From Clostridia bacterium (lineage in GTDB: Bacteria; Bacillota; Clostridia; Oscillospirales; CAG-272): 64,000 bases of DNA. The stretch is from NCBI GenBank assembly GCA_017482495.1, contig JAFUMU010000083.1, positions 3,342 to 67,341 on the forward strand. Reading direction: 5' to 3'. Below the pieces are notes generated by a model. That model made no database searches. It was not told where the DNA came from and saw nothing but the letters and a program-made list of their open reading frames with translations. Position 1 is the stretch's first letter. Every line of letters begins with the position of its first letter. The position numbers and the translations under genes are program-made. This document shows positions 38,287 through 47,112 of the stretch, one piece after another.

Positions 38287-39714
38287 TTACTGCCAATAAT
38301 CAACATCGTGAGGCAAACCGATGTCTTTCGCCTTAAATACAGGATCCTTGCCTGCCTTTCTCTGCTTGGTATAATCGTCAAGCGCTCTGAAAGCATATTT
38401 GCCCAAAATAATGATAACAGGCATATTGATAAGAGTCATTCCACCCATCATAACGTCGGCAACTCCCCAAAGAAGATCTGCGCTGAGTCCGGCACCAAGG
38501 AAGATAACAGCAGAAGCGATAATGTAGTATACTGTGTTGAATACCTTGCCGGGAGTTTTCCTAAGAAGGAAGGTGAATGTCTTATCAACGTAGAAAAGGT
38601 TACCGAGAAGGGTCGTAAATGCAAAGAGAAGCATTGCAACTGTGATAAATACAGGACCGAAATCACCAAGAGTTGCCTTGATAGCCTCCTGAACATAGGG
38701 CGCACCTGAAAGATCTTCTGTAGGAGCGACGCCTGATGCCATACACATAAATGCTGTTGCGGAGCAAACAAGGATAGTGTCGATAAACACAGAAAGAACC
38801 TGAACCAATCCCTGCTTAACAGGATGAGCTACCTCAGCGGAAGCGGAAGCGTTGGGCGCTGAACCGACACCTGCCTCATTTGAGAAGAGACCTCTCTTAA
38901 TACCGTACATAACACAGGAACCGGAGAATCCTCCGAATATAGCCTTAAAATCGAAAGCACCTTTGAAGATCTGATGTAAGATGCCGGGAAGCGCGGGGGC
39001 ATTCATAAGAGTGATAACAAGAGCAACTAAGATATAAGCCGCGCCCATAAAGGGAACGATAAATGAGGTTGCCGCAATAATTCTCTTGCCACCGCCGAAA
39101 AGGCAGAAGCAAACGAGAGCAGCAATAATAAATCCGATTATCCAAGGAGCAATGTTTGCGTGATCCTTGTAAAAACCGTAGCCCGAGAATGTGGACTGCA
39201 GATTGTAGGAGGCAAGCATGTTGAAGCCTACACCGTATGTAAGAATAAGAAAAACTGAAAATACTATAGCAAGAGCACGGTTTTTAAAAGCAGCCTCGAT
39301 ATAGTATGCAGGTCCGCCGAAGCTTCCCTCAGGTCCTCTTTTCTTGTATATCTGAGCAAGTGTACTTTCAACAAAGGCAGATGCACCGCCGATGATGGCA
39401 ATTACCCACATCCAAAAAACAGAGCCGAAGCCGCCGAGGCAAAGCGCCGTTGAAACGCCGACGATATTACCTGTACCAACTCGGGAAGCAGTTGACACCA
39501 TAAGCGCCTGAAAGGATGAAACACCCTTTCCGTCTGCAGGCTTTTCCATAACAGCGCGGAACTGTTCTCCAAGCATTCTGAACTGAACGAATTTTGTTCT
39601 GATGGTAAAATAAATACCGCCGAGAACAAGAAGTATTATGAGAACATAGCTGTAAAGTGCATCATTGGCTGTGTTTACAATGTTCTCAAGAAAATTGATT
39701 ATATTTGTAAGCAT
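38287..39714 (-). CDS. Alanine/glycine:cation symporter (AGCS family)
   Basis: Trimmed to MLTNIINFLE after AGGGGGG. Contains SSFQALMVSTASRVGTGNIVGVSTA and GLFSNEAGVGSAPNA. Confidence 0.9.
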   Translation of the reverse strand: MLTNIINFLENIVNTANDALYSYVLIILLVLGGIYFTIRTKFVQFRMLGEQFRAVMEKPADGKGVSSFQALMVSTASRVGTGNIVGVSTALCLGGFGSVFWMWVIAIIGGASAFVESTLAQIYKKRGPEGSFGGPAYYIEAAFKNRALAIVFSVFLILTYGVGFNMLASYNLQSTFSGYGFYKDHANIAPWIIGFIIAALVCFCLFGGGKRIIAATSFIVPFMGAAYILVALVITLMNAPALPGILHQIFKGAFDFKAIFGGFSGSCVMYGIKRGLFSNEAGVGSAPNASASAEVAHPVKQGLVQVLSVFIDTILVCSATAFMCMASGVAPTEDLSGAPYVQEAIKATLGDFGPVFITVAMLLFAFTTLLGNLFYVDKTFTFLLRKTPGKVFNTVYYIIASAVIFLGAGLSADLLWGVADVMMGGMTLINMPVIIILGKYAFRALDDYTKQRKAGKDPVFKAKDIGLPHDVDYWQ

Positions 39715-39742
39715 ACGATCCCCCCTACGTTTATATACCAAC

Positions 39743-39771
39743 ATTATATCTTGAATTGAAAATTTTGTCAA
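39743..39771 (-). promoter_or_regulatory. Sigma-A type promoter of the symporter gene
   Basis: Minus strand: TTGACA, 17 bp spacer, TATAAT. Confidence 0.7.
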
Positions 39772-39857
39772 TTGGTGACGCCGGGATTTATGCACGCTCT
39801 GCATGATAATAAGCGACAACCTCAGGTGGATTTATTCCGCTGTCGGATGATCTAACT

Positions 39858-39990
39858 AAAAAAAGAACCCACACTTGTCATTGACAAATGTGGGGACAGC
39901 CAAAAACTCCGCAATATCACATATCACCATGAAAATGGTGAATATAACGCCTAAAAACTTAAAAATACTCTTTATTTATCTCTCACCTTT
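39858..39990 (-). ncRNA. Candidate small RNA or leader (promoter-to-terminator unit, no credible ORF)
   Basis: Lies between a consensus promoter (39997-40025) and the terminator CCCACATTTGTCAATGACAAGTGTGGG plus U-run (39858-39895). Contains an internal GAAA-tetraloop hairpin CACCAUgaaaAUGGUG. Confidence 0.35.
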
Positions 39991-39996
39991 CTCGAA

Positions 39997-40025
39997 ATTA
40001 TATCAAGCTTACACAAATCAGTCAA
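39997..40025 (-). promoter_or_regulatory. Sigma-A type promoter
   Basis: Minus strand: TTGACT, 17 bp spacer, TATAAT, with a TG at -15/-14 (extended -10 context). Confidence 0.6.
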
Positions 40026-40227
40026 AGCGAAGACTGTATATCATAAAACGTGAATCTGCGGCAAGCCGCAGTGAAATTTGGGCTATCGCTCAAGTGAAGT
40101 ATTGCACCTGCGATGCAATATGAAGTTAATGTTCCAACTATCGTGCCGAAGGCATATATAATCGCTCGCAGAACGATATCATATCGAAGATATATCACCC
40201 GTTCCGCAGGGAACGGGTATCATTGAA

Positions 40228-40258
40228 AAAAGACGATTGCTCTCGCAATCGTCTTTTT
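40228..40258. terminator. Bidirectional terminator downstream of tRNA-Ser
   Basis: AAAAAAGACGATTGC-TCTC-GCAATCGTCTTTTT. Confidence 0.75.
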
Positions 40259-40260
40259 CA

Positions 40261-40351
40261 TGGCGGAGAAGGAGAGATTCGAACTCTCGAACCCTTTTAC
40301 AGGTTACACGATTTCCAATCGTGCGCGCTCGACCAGCTACGCGACTTCTCC
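40261..40351 (-). tRNA. tRNA-Ser (anticodon GGA), CCA encoded
   Basis: Minus strand reads GGAGAAG..CACGA-UUGGAAA-UCGUG..long variable arm..GAGAG-UUCGAAU-CUCUC-CUUCUCC-G-CCA. The cloverleaf was folded by hand. Confidence 0.9.
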
Positions 40352-40371
40352 GTGTCGTTACTGACTCGATT

Positions 40372-40431
40372 ATAATAACACAACGATTTTAAAAAATCAA
40401 TACCTTTTTTAAATTTTTTTAAATTTTTTTC
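40372..40431 (-). promoter_or_regulatory. tRNA promoter with phased A-tract UP element
   Basis: Minus strand: AAAAAAATTTAAAAAAATTTAAAAAAGG (10-bp phased A-tracts), then TTGATT, 17 bp spacer, TATTAT. Confidence 0.6.
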
Positions 40432-40500
40432 TTTGCTTTCATCTACACCTTTTTCGCCGACGGTGGCGGGCATATCCGCCAACCACCGCCGTCATTTGAT

Positions 40501-40749
40501 TTAGCTGTAAGCTGCAATGCTTTTATTATAGTTTTCAGGTGTATATTTGTACATCAATGAGGAATACACTCCGCACCCTCTGCAGCACTTTCCTACGCAG
40601 AAGTTGTTTTCATATTCCTTCTTATCCTTTTCTGAAACAAACTGATTCACTGTTTTGTCGCCGATTATACCCTCACAGGTAATTGAAGTCTTTGCCTCGC
40701 TGATGTAAAACGGACAGTACACCAGCGCATCTATTGCTTTATTTGCCAT
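40501..40749 (-). CDS. Small Cys-rich protein (82 aa), unknown function
   Basis: Strong RBS (AAGAGGAG, 5 nt spacer). Cys pattern YCPFY..ITCEG..FCVGKCCRGCG. Confidence 0.55.
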   Translation of the reverse strand: MANKAIDALVYCPFYISEAKTSITCEGIIGDKTVNQFVSEKDKKEYENNFCVGKCCRGCGVYSSLMYKYTPENYNKSIAAYS

Positions 40750-40764
40750 ATATTCTCCTCTTTA

Positions 40765-41055
40765 TTAAACATGATCCCTTACTCTTTTCGACCGCTCTGC
40801 GCACTCCTTGCACAAAACCAGGTCATCTGAAACCAATGCCTCTTGGCCGTCCGGAAGATATACAGAGCATCGGGAACACACCGCACTCCCATGCCTTTCT
40901 ATCCGTACACATCTTCCGCAAACGTTTATGTCGAAAATCTTATAATATTCTTCATCAGATCGGAGTCTACCTCCGCATATGTCACACACAGATGCACTGA
41001 AACAATCCCGACACGCTGTGCATTTCCGCGCGCCGTTAATACATATGTATCCCAA
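40765..41055 (-). CDS. Multi-CxxC zinc-ribbon protein (96 aa)
   Basis: TTG start immediately after the upstream stop (TAATTG), with GGAGG 6 nt upstream. Has five CxxC pairs plus CxxCxxC. Confidence 0.55.
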   Translation of the reverse strand: MGYICINGARKCTACRDCFSASVCDICGGRLRSDEEYYKIFDINVCGRCVRIERHGSAVCSRCSVYLPDGQEALVSDDLVLCKECAERSKRVRDHV

Positions 41056-41268
41056 TTACTGCCTCCAGAAAAGCTCTGTTGCTTCCTTATCGCTGAGATT
41101 CAAAAACTTCGTGATCCTTTTTGCTTCACCTATTGTCAAAGACGATAATCCTCCTTTCGTTTTTCTGTAGAGAGTGCTACGATCTATCCCAAGAGCCGTG
41201 GCGACTGCTTCAAGGGTCGTGTTTTTCTGTGCTACCGTACGCTTAAATTCAACTGATTCTTTTTCCAT
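41056..41268 (-). CDS. Small HTH DNA-binding protein (Cro/XRE-like, phage type)
   Basis: TLEAVATALGIDRSTLYRKTKG is the helix-turn-helix. The LTIGEAKRITKFLNLSDKEATELF tail resembles DUF739-type phage regulators (from memory). RBS is AAGAGG. Confidence 0.6.
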   Translation of the reverse strand: MEKESVEFKRTVAQKNTTLEAVATALGIDRSTLYRKTKGGLSSLTIGEAKRITKFLNLSDKEATELFWRQ

Positions 41269-41301
41269 ATTTTACCTCTTATGTTAATTACTTACAGTTA
41301 C

Positions 41302-41330
41302 ATTTTACTTCACCAATCTTAAACGGTCAA
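41302..41330 (-). promoter_or_regulatory. Sigma-A type promoter of the small-gene trio
   Basis: Minus strand: TTGACC, 17 bp spacer, TAAAAT. Confidence 0.55.
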
Positions 41331-41491
41331 TGCTGCATATGTTGAATTATCGCAACAAAACTGTTTTTTCAGAGATTTTTGGTTCCTTATGTAATGATTT
41401 TAGCACAGATGTTCGCGTTTTTCTCCCTATGCTTGCAATTATAACACAACATGTGTCCAATAAACCGGACTTATCTCAATAAATTTCACTC

Positions 41492-41520
41492 TTGACAAGT
41501 TTTTTTTGCTGTGATATACT
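41492..41520 (+). promoter_or_regulatory. Sigma-A type promoter of thrS leader
   Basis: TTGACA, 17 bp spacer, TATACT. Confidence 0.75.
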
Positions 41521-41526
41521 TTTTCT

Positions 41527-41760
41527 GTCGGATGATTCCGACGAAGCAGAACATGTCCGGTGAATTTCCTTTGTCAGAGAGCCGCTCCCCGTGCTGAAAG
41601 GGCGGTCAAACGAACCACTCGGGTACCATCTGCGGATATTATGAATACAAATTGAGTTAAACGCTCGGGTGGAACCGTGGGAATTTCTGTAGCAATGCAG
41701 TTTCTCACCCCGACAATCTTTTTTGTCGGCGCCGGGCTTTTTTCATTTTAACCGCGCCGA
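41527..41760 (+). promoter_or_regulatory. T-box leader (Thr specifier ACC)
   Basis: Has an AGAGA box (CAGAGAGCC), the specifier context GGUACCAUC and the T-box sequence AAACGCUCGGGUGGAACCGUGGGA. A terminator-like hairpin plus U-run follows (CCGACAA..TTGTCGG..CTTTTTT). It is upstream of thrS. Confidence 0.8.
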
Positions 41761-41790
41761 TCACCAAAATCTTATAGGAGGTATTTTGAA

Positions 41791-43725
41791 ATGAAGATCA
41801 GATTTACAATTGGCGCCGAGATCGAAAGTGCCGAAGTAAAAAGCGTTTATGACCTTGCGGCAGAAGCTTCTCTGATTTCAAGAGAGGTCATTGCGGCTAA
41901 GGTAAACGGCGAGGTAGTTGACCTCACAACTCCTGTTTCCTGTGATGCGGAGATCGAGCTGCTCACCTTTGAAAACGAGGAAGGACAGAAGGTATTCAAC
42001 CATACAGCAAGCCACATCCTTGCGCAGGCAGTCAAGCGTCTCTATCCCGATGCTAAGCTTACTATCGGACCTGCCATCGATAACGGCTTCTACTACGACT
42101 TTGATTCAGACGAAACATTTTCTTCAGAGGCTCTTGCCAAGATAGAGAAGGAAATGAAGAAGATCGTTCGCGAAAATCTTAAGCTTGAGAGATTTACTCT
42201 TCCCCGCGATGAGGCTATTAAATTTATGGAAGAAAAGGGCGAGCCCTATAAGGTTCAGCTTATTGCAAGAGTTCCCGAAGGAGAGGATATCTCCTTCTAC
42301 CGCCAGGGTGAATTTACAGACCTTTGCGCAGGTGCTCACCTCTTCTCAACAGCCGCGGTTAAGGCATTCAAGCTCCTTTCCTGCACAGGCGCTTATTGGG
42401 AGGGTAACAGCAAGAATAAGATGCTGCAGCGTATCTACGGTACAGCATTCCCCACAAAGGAGGCTCTCCAGGCTCACCTTACACAGCTTGAAGAAGCAAA
42501 GAAGCGCGACCACAACAAGCTTGGCCGCGAGCTTGAATATTTTACAACAGTAGACTACATCGGTCAGGGTCTTCCCATTCTTCTGCCCAAGGGCGCAAGA
42601 ATGATCCAGCTTCTTCAGCGCTTCGTTGAGGATGAGGAGCAGAAGAGAGGCTATCTCCTTACCAAAACTCCTCTTATGGCAAAGAGAGATCTTTATAAGA
42701 TCTCAGGTCACTGGGATCACTACCGCGACAGTATGTTCATCCTTGGCGATCCCGACGATGAAACAAAGGAATGCTTTGCGCTCCGTCCCATGACATGCCC
42801 CTTCCAGTATCAGGTATATCTCAACAGAAAGCGCTCCTACCGCGATCTGCCTATGCGTCTTGGCGAAACATCAACTCTTTTCCGTAACGAAGAATCAGGC
42901 GAGATGCACGGACTTATCAGAGTTCGTCAGTTTACAATTTCCGAGGGTCACCTTGTTCTCCGTCCCGACCAGCTTGAAGAGGAGTTCAAAGGATGTCTGG
43001 AGCTTGCTAAGTATATGATGGATACTCTCGGACTTGCAGAGGACTGCACATACCGCTTCTCACAGTGGGATCCCAACAATACAGAAAAGTACGAGGGTAC
43101 AGCCGAGCAGTGGGACGAGGCTCAGGGCATTATGAAGAAGATCCTCGATAACCTTGGGGTTGACTACAAGATCGGTATCGACGAAGCAGCATTCTACGGA
43201 CCTAAGCTTGATATCCAGATCAAGAACGTACACGGCAAGGAGGATACACTTATCACTATCCAGATCGATATGCTTCTTGCAAAGAAGTTCGGCATGGAAT
43301 ATACAGATTCCGACAACACTCAGAAAACTCCCTATATCATCCACCGCACAAGCCTTGGATGCTACGAGAGAACTCTTGCTCTTCTTATAGAAAAATATGC
43401 AGGTGCAATGCCTCTTTGGCTCTCACCTACTCAGGTTACAGTTCTCCCCGTTTCCAATCTCTTTGAGGACTACGCTAAGAAGGTTGCAGACAAGCTTGAG
43501 GCTATCGGCATCAGAGTTGAGTGCGACACACGTAACGAAAAGATCGGCTACAGAGTCCGCGAGGCTCAGCTTTCCAAGGTGCCTTATATGGTCATCGTTG
43601 GTGCTGATGAGCAGGACGCAGGTACTGTTTCCGTTCGTGCTCGTAAGGAAGGCGAGGGCGGAGTTATGTCCCTTGACGAATTTAAAGCGAAGCTCCTCCT
43701 TGAGGTGGCTACAAAGAAGCACTAA
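41791..43725 (+). CDS. thrS: Threonine--tRNA ligase
   Basis: 644 aa with a TGS domain, an editing domain (HTASHILAQAV), class II core motifs and an anticodon-binding domain. Confidence 0.97.
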   Translation: MKIRFTIGAEIESAEVKSVYDLAAEASLISREVIAAKVNGEVVDLTTPVSCDAEIELLTFENEEGQKVFNHTASHILAQAVKRLYPDAKLTIGPAIDNGFYYDFDSDETFSSEALAKIEKEMKKIVRENLKLERFTLPRDEAIKFMEEKGEPYKVQLIARVPEGEDISFYRQGEFTDLCAGAHLFSTAAVKAFKLLSCTGAYWEGNSKNKMLQRIYGTAFPTKEALQAHLTQLEEAKKRDHNKLGRELEYFTTVDYIGQGLPILLPKGARMIQLLQRFVEDEEQKRGYLLTKTPLMAKRDLYKISGHWDHYRDSMFILGDPDDETKECFALRPMTCPFQYQVYLNRKRSYRDLPMRLGETSTLFRNEESGEMHGLIRVRQFTISEGHLVLRPDQLEEEFKGCLELAKYMMDTLGLAEDCTYRFSQWDPNNTEKYEGTAEQWDEAQGIMKKILDNLGVDYKIGIDEAAFYGPKLDIQIKNVHGKEDTLITIQIDMLLAKKFGMEYTDSDNTQKTPYIIHRTSLGCYERTLALLIEKYAGAMPLWLSPTQVTVLPVSNLFEDYAKKVADKLEAIGIRVECDTRNEKIGYRVREAQLSKVPYMVIVGADEQDAGTVSVRARKEGEGGVMSLDEFKAKLLLEVATKKH

Positions 43726-43747
43726 TAGAATAGGAATAATAAAGAAA

Positions 43748-44057
43748 GGGGGCTTTTAAGAAAAGCCCCCCCTGCCTCATGAATATACATCGACTACATT
43801 ATCGTTCAACTAAAATGAATTTCGAAGTATTAGCCGTGTTAGTCCTCCCTGCAAATCCCCTGAATAATCCGGATAATTAAAAGGAGATGGATGTAAAAAC
43901 GGAAGCTTATTTCCGTTTTTACATCCATCTCCTTTTACATTGCCGCTTTGTGGCACATGAGAAGGCGCAAGGTTCTGCGCACATATATTATTACCTTCAT
44001 TTCAGGTTCTCTGAAGGGGGCTCGTGGAGAACTCTCTGCGAAAGAGAGTTCTCCACG
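43748..44057 (+). repeat. Divergent copy of the intergenic modular repeat
   Basis: Same order of elements: L hairpin GGGGGCTTTTAAGAAAAGCCCCC, long central hairpin, GCGCA/TGCGC hairpin, TTCAGGTTCTCTGAAGGGGG, and terminal hairpin 44023-44057. Stem sequences are largely different. Confidence 0.7.
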
Positions 44058-44072
44058 AAATAACTAACCTAA

Positions 44073-45485
44073 TCAACCGTTGATCTTCTCATGTATAGCC
44101 TTTGCCGCAGTTTTACCTGCACCCATTGCGAGTATAACAGTAGCGGCACCTGTAACAGCATCGCCGCCTGCGTAAACCCCGTCACGTGATGTGAGTCCGG
44201 TTTCTTCTTCAACAATGATACCACCGCGACGGTTAACATCAAGACCGTCCGTAGTGTCCTTGATAAGAGGATTGGGACTCGTACCGATAGACATGATAAC
44301 ACAGTCAACATCCAGTACAAACTCACTGCCTTCCTTAACGATAGGACTGCGGCGACCGCCCTCATCAGGCTCGCCAAGCTCCATTTCCACGCATTCCATT
44401 CCGCAAACGAAGCCATTCATGGGATCGCGCTTGTCTTCTTCGTTACGGTAGCCAAGTATTTTTGTCGGATTGGTAAGGAGCTTGAACTCGATACCCTCCT
44501 CCATGGCATGCTCTACCTCCTCGCGTCTTGCGGGAAGCTCGTCAAGAGAACGGCGATATACAATGTATACCTTGTCCGCACCGAGACGGAGAGCAGTTCT
44601 TGCAGCATCCATAGCAACGTTACCGCCGCCCACAACTGCAACCTTTTTCGCCTTCATAATAGGTGTTGCGCTGCCGTCTCTGTATGCCTTCATAAGATTG
44701 CTTCTTGTGAGGAATTCGTTTGCTGAGTAAACACCCTTAAGACTCTCGCCGGGAATACCCATAAATCTGGGCAGACCTGCGCCGCTGCCTACAAACACCG
44801 CCTCATAGCCTTCCTCAAAAAGCTCATCGATGGTCAGTGTCTTACCTATTATAATATTTGTCTTTATATCAACTCCGAGAGCGCGGAGAGTTTCCACTTC
44901 CTTTGCAACGATAGCCTTGGGAAGACGAAACTCGGGAATTCCGTACACAAGCACGCCTCCTGCTGTGTGAAGCGCCTCAAAAACAGTAACACTGTATCCA
45001 AGCTTTGCAAGGTCGCCTGCACAGGTAAGCCCTGAAGGACCGCTTCCTACCACTGCAACCTTGTGACCGTTAGCTTCGGGCTTAACAGGTGCTTCTGCGC
45101 AATATGTATTGTGCCAGTCGGCAACAAATCTCTCAAGTCTGCCTATACCTACAGGCTCGCCCTTGATACCTCTGATACATTTAGATTCGCACTGGGTTTC
45201 CTGAGGGCACACTCTTCCGCAAACTGCAGGAAGAGAGGACGACTGATTGATTATCTGATATGCACCCTCAAAATCTCCTTCCTTTACCTTTGAAATAAAT
45301 TCGGGAATATGGATCTTGACCGGGCATCCGTCCACACAAAGAGGCTTTTTGCAATTGAGACAGCGCGCCGCTTCGTCAAGAGCTGTCGCCTCGTCATATC
45401 CTGTTGCCACCTCGTCGAAGCAGGAAGCTCTCAGCTTTGCATCAAGCGTGGGCATAGGATTCTTAGTATTCTTCATATTTGCCAT
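44073..45485 (-). CDS. nfnB: NADPH-dependent oxidoreductase, glutamate synthase small-chain-like (NfnB type)
   Basis: Trimmed to MANMKNTK. Has two 4Fe-4S Cys motifs and GSGPSGL and GGGNVAMD dinucleotide folds. Paired with an NfnA-like gene. Confidence 0.8.
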   Translation of the reverse strand: MANMKNTKNPMPTLDAKLRASCFDEVATGYDEATALDEAARCLNCKKPLCVDGCPVKIHIPEFISKVKEGDFEGAYQIINQSSSLPAVCGRVCPQETQCESKCIRGIKGEPVGIGRLERFVADWHNTYCAEAPVKPEANGHKVAVVGSGPSGLTCAGDLAKLGYSVTVFEALHTAGGVLVYGIPEFRLPKAIVAKEVETLRALGVDIKTNIIIGKTLTIDELFEEGYEAVFVGSGAGLPRFMGIPGESLKGVYSANEFLTRSNLMKAYRDGSATPIMKAKKVAVVGGGNVAMDAARTALRLGADKVYIVYRRSLDELPARREEVEHAMEEGIEFKLLTNPTKILGYRNEEDKRDPMNGFVCGMECVEMELGEPDEGGRRSPIVKEGSEFVLDVDCVIMSIGTSPNPLIKDTTDGLDVNRRGGIIVEEETGLTSRDGVYAGGDAVTGAATVILAMGAGKTAAKAIHEKING

Positions 45486-45495
45486 TGCTCTTACC

Positions 45496-46332
45496 TCAAT
45501 TCTGCTTGAAAAGATTGCAGACCTTTTCTCTCTCAGCGGCTTCGTGGCTGTGGTACATTGTGCTTCTTTCCATAGCCTCGTCGAAATCAACCAGATATCC
45601 GTCGAATTCGGGGCCGTCTACGCAAGCAAACTTTGTCTTGCCGCCAACTGTAAGTCGGCATCCGCCGCACATTCCCGTACCGTCGATCATAATGGGATTC
45701 ATTGACACAACTGTGGGGATCCCATAGGGCTTCGCCGTTGCAACAACGAACTTCATCATAACAAGAGGACCGATGGCAATGATACGGTCATATTTCTCAC
45801 CGGAATCGATAAGCGCCTTGAGAGGAGAGGTTACAACGCCCTTTTCTCCATATGATCCGTCGTCGGTGACCATAATAAGCTTGTCGGAGCAAGCTCTGAA
45901 TTCGTCCTCAAGAATAACCAGATCTCGATTTCTGAATCCGATTATTGAATGCACCTCACAGCCCTCGCTGTGAAGCTTCTCGGCAACGGGCAGTGCAATT
46001 GCACAGCCTACACCGCCGCCAACCACGGCAACCTTCTTAAGCCCTTCGGTTTCTGTTGCACGTCCGAGAGGACCTGCAAAATCGGGGATAAAGTCGCCTT
46101 CGCTCAGCGCGCCAAGCTTCATTGTTGAAGCGCCAACTGTCTGAAATATTATCTTAACTGTTCCCTCTTCCCTGTCATAGCCTGCAACTGTCAGGGGAAT
46201 ACGCTCTCCCTCACTGTCTGCTCTGAGAATGATAAATTGACCCGCCTGCGCTTTTCTTGCAACATAGGGAGCCTCTATATCCATCATTATTACAGAAGAA
46301 TTAAGAACCTTTTTTCTTACGATGCGGTACAT
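45496..46332 (-). CDS. nfnA: Ferredoxin-NADP+ reductase-like FAD/NAD subunit (NfnA type)
   Basis: PyrK-like fold (RIPLTV, GGGVGCA) with the C-terminal Cys cluster GTGMCGGCR. Confidence 0.8.
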   Translation of the reverse strand: MYRIVRKKVLNSSVIMMDIEAPYVARKAQAGQFIILRADSEGERIPLTVAGYDREEGTVKIIFQTVGASTMKLGALSEGDFIPDFAGPLGRATETEGLKKVAVVGGGVGCAIALPVAEKLHSEGCEVHSIIGFRNRDLVILEDEFRACSDKLIMVTDDGSYGEKGVVTSPLKALIDSGEKYDRIIAIGPLVMMKFVVATAKPYGIPTVVSMNPIMIDGTGMCGGCRLTVGGKTKFACVDGPEFDGYLVDFDEAMERSTMYHSHEAAEREKVCNLFKQN

Positions 46333-46525
46333 AATAAAACTCCAAGTCTTTAAATATACAGCATAAGTATAAACCCATTTTATATTTTTGTCAACGGCAT
46401 ACCCTGACCAAATAAGTCCAAATATTTGCTAACGGAAAGTAAATTTTTTATATAATCCTTGAAATAACAGGAAAACTGTGGTATACTTACTGTAATCATC
46501 AATACATAAAGGAGAAATTTCTATT

Positions 46526-47107
46526 ATGGCACGTTTTCATGACGGTCAGGAGATCGACCGCGCTACTCATTCGACCAACTTTACAGAATTTACAGTAAAG
46601 AAAGCAATGGAAGGCTCTCTTGTTACAACAAGACTCCTTCTTATCCTTGGCTACATTGCAATCGTAGCTCTTGCGTTTGTTGTAATGACTATCCCCGGCC
46701 CCGGTATGTATCTCGGTATCGTATTCTTCCTTGCAGTTATTATCGTAGTATTCTTCACATGGCCTCTTACAACAATTGAATATGAATATGTAACCGCGTC
46801 GGGAGAAATAACATTTACCACTATCATCGGCGGTGGCAAGATGAAGAAGGAAAACCTCAAGTTCAAGATCAAGGATTGCGAGATCATTGCTCCCTACACA
46901 TCCGAGCACACAGACAAGTTCGCAACAGTGACCAAGAAATACGATTTCCGCAGATCCGTTAAGGATACAGAGGATATCTACTTCGCAGTTATCAACGAAA
47001 AGGACGCTAAGGCAATGGTGATCTTCCAGTGCACAAACAAGGCTCTTAAGATCTTCAAGTCCTACAATAAGGAACACACAGTATCTGTTGATACTCTCCG
47101 TTATTAA
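46526..47107 (+). CDS. Two-TM membrane protein, unknown function
   Basis: RBS is AAAGGAG. Two adjacent hydrophobic helices are followed by a soluble domain. The overlapping antisense ORF was rejected. Confidence 0.55.
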   Translation: MARFHDGQEIDRATHSTNFTEFTVKKAMEGSLVTTRLLLILGYIAIVALAFVVMTIPGPGMYLGIVFFLAVIIVVFFTWPLTTIEYEYVTASGEITFTTIIGGGKMKKENLKFKIKDCEIIAPYTSEHTDKFATVTKKYDFRRSVKDTEDIYFAVINEKDAKAMVIFQCTNKALKIFKSYNKEHTVSVDTLRY

Positions 47108-47112
47108 TATGT

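Noticed and set aside
39858-39935. 24-codon ORF (MVICDIAEFLAVPTFVNDKCGFFF) in the sRNA candidate
   Set aside because: It has no RBS, and its 3' half is simply the terminator stem and U-run read as codons.
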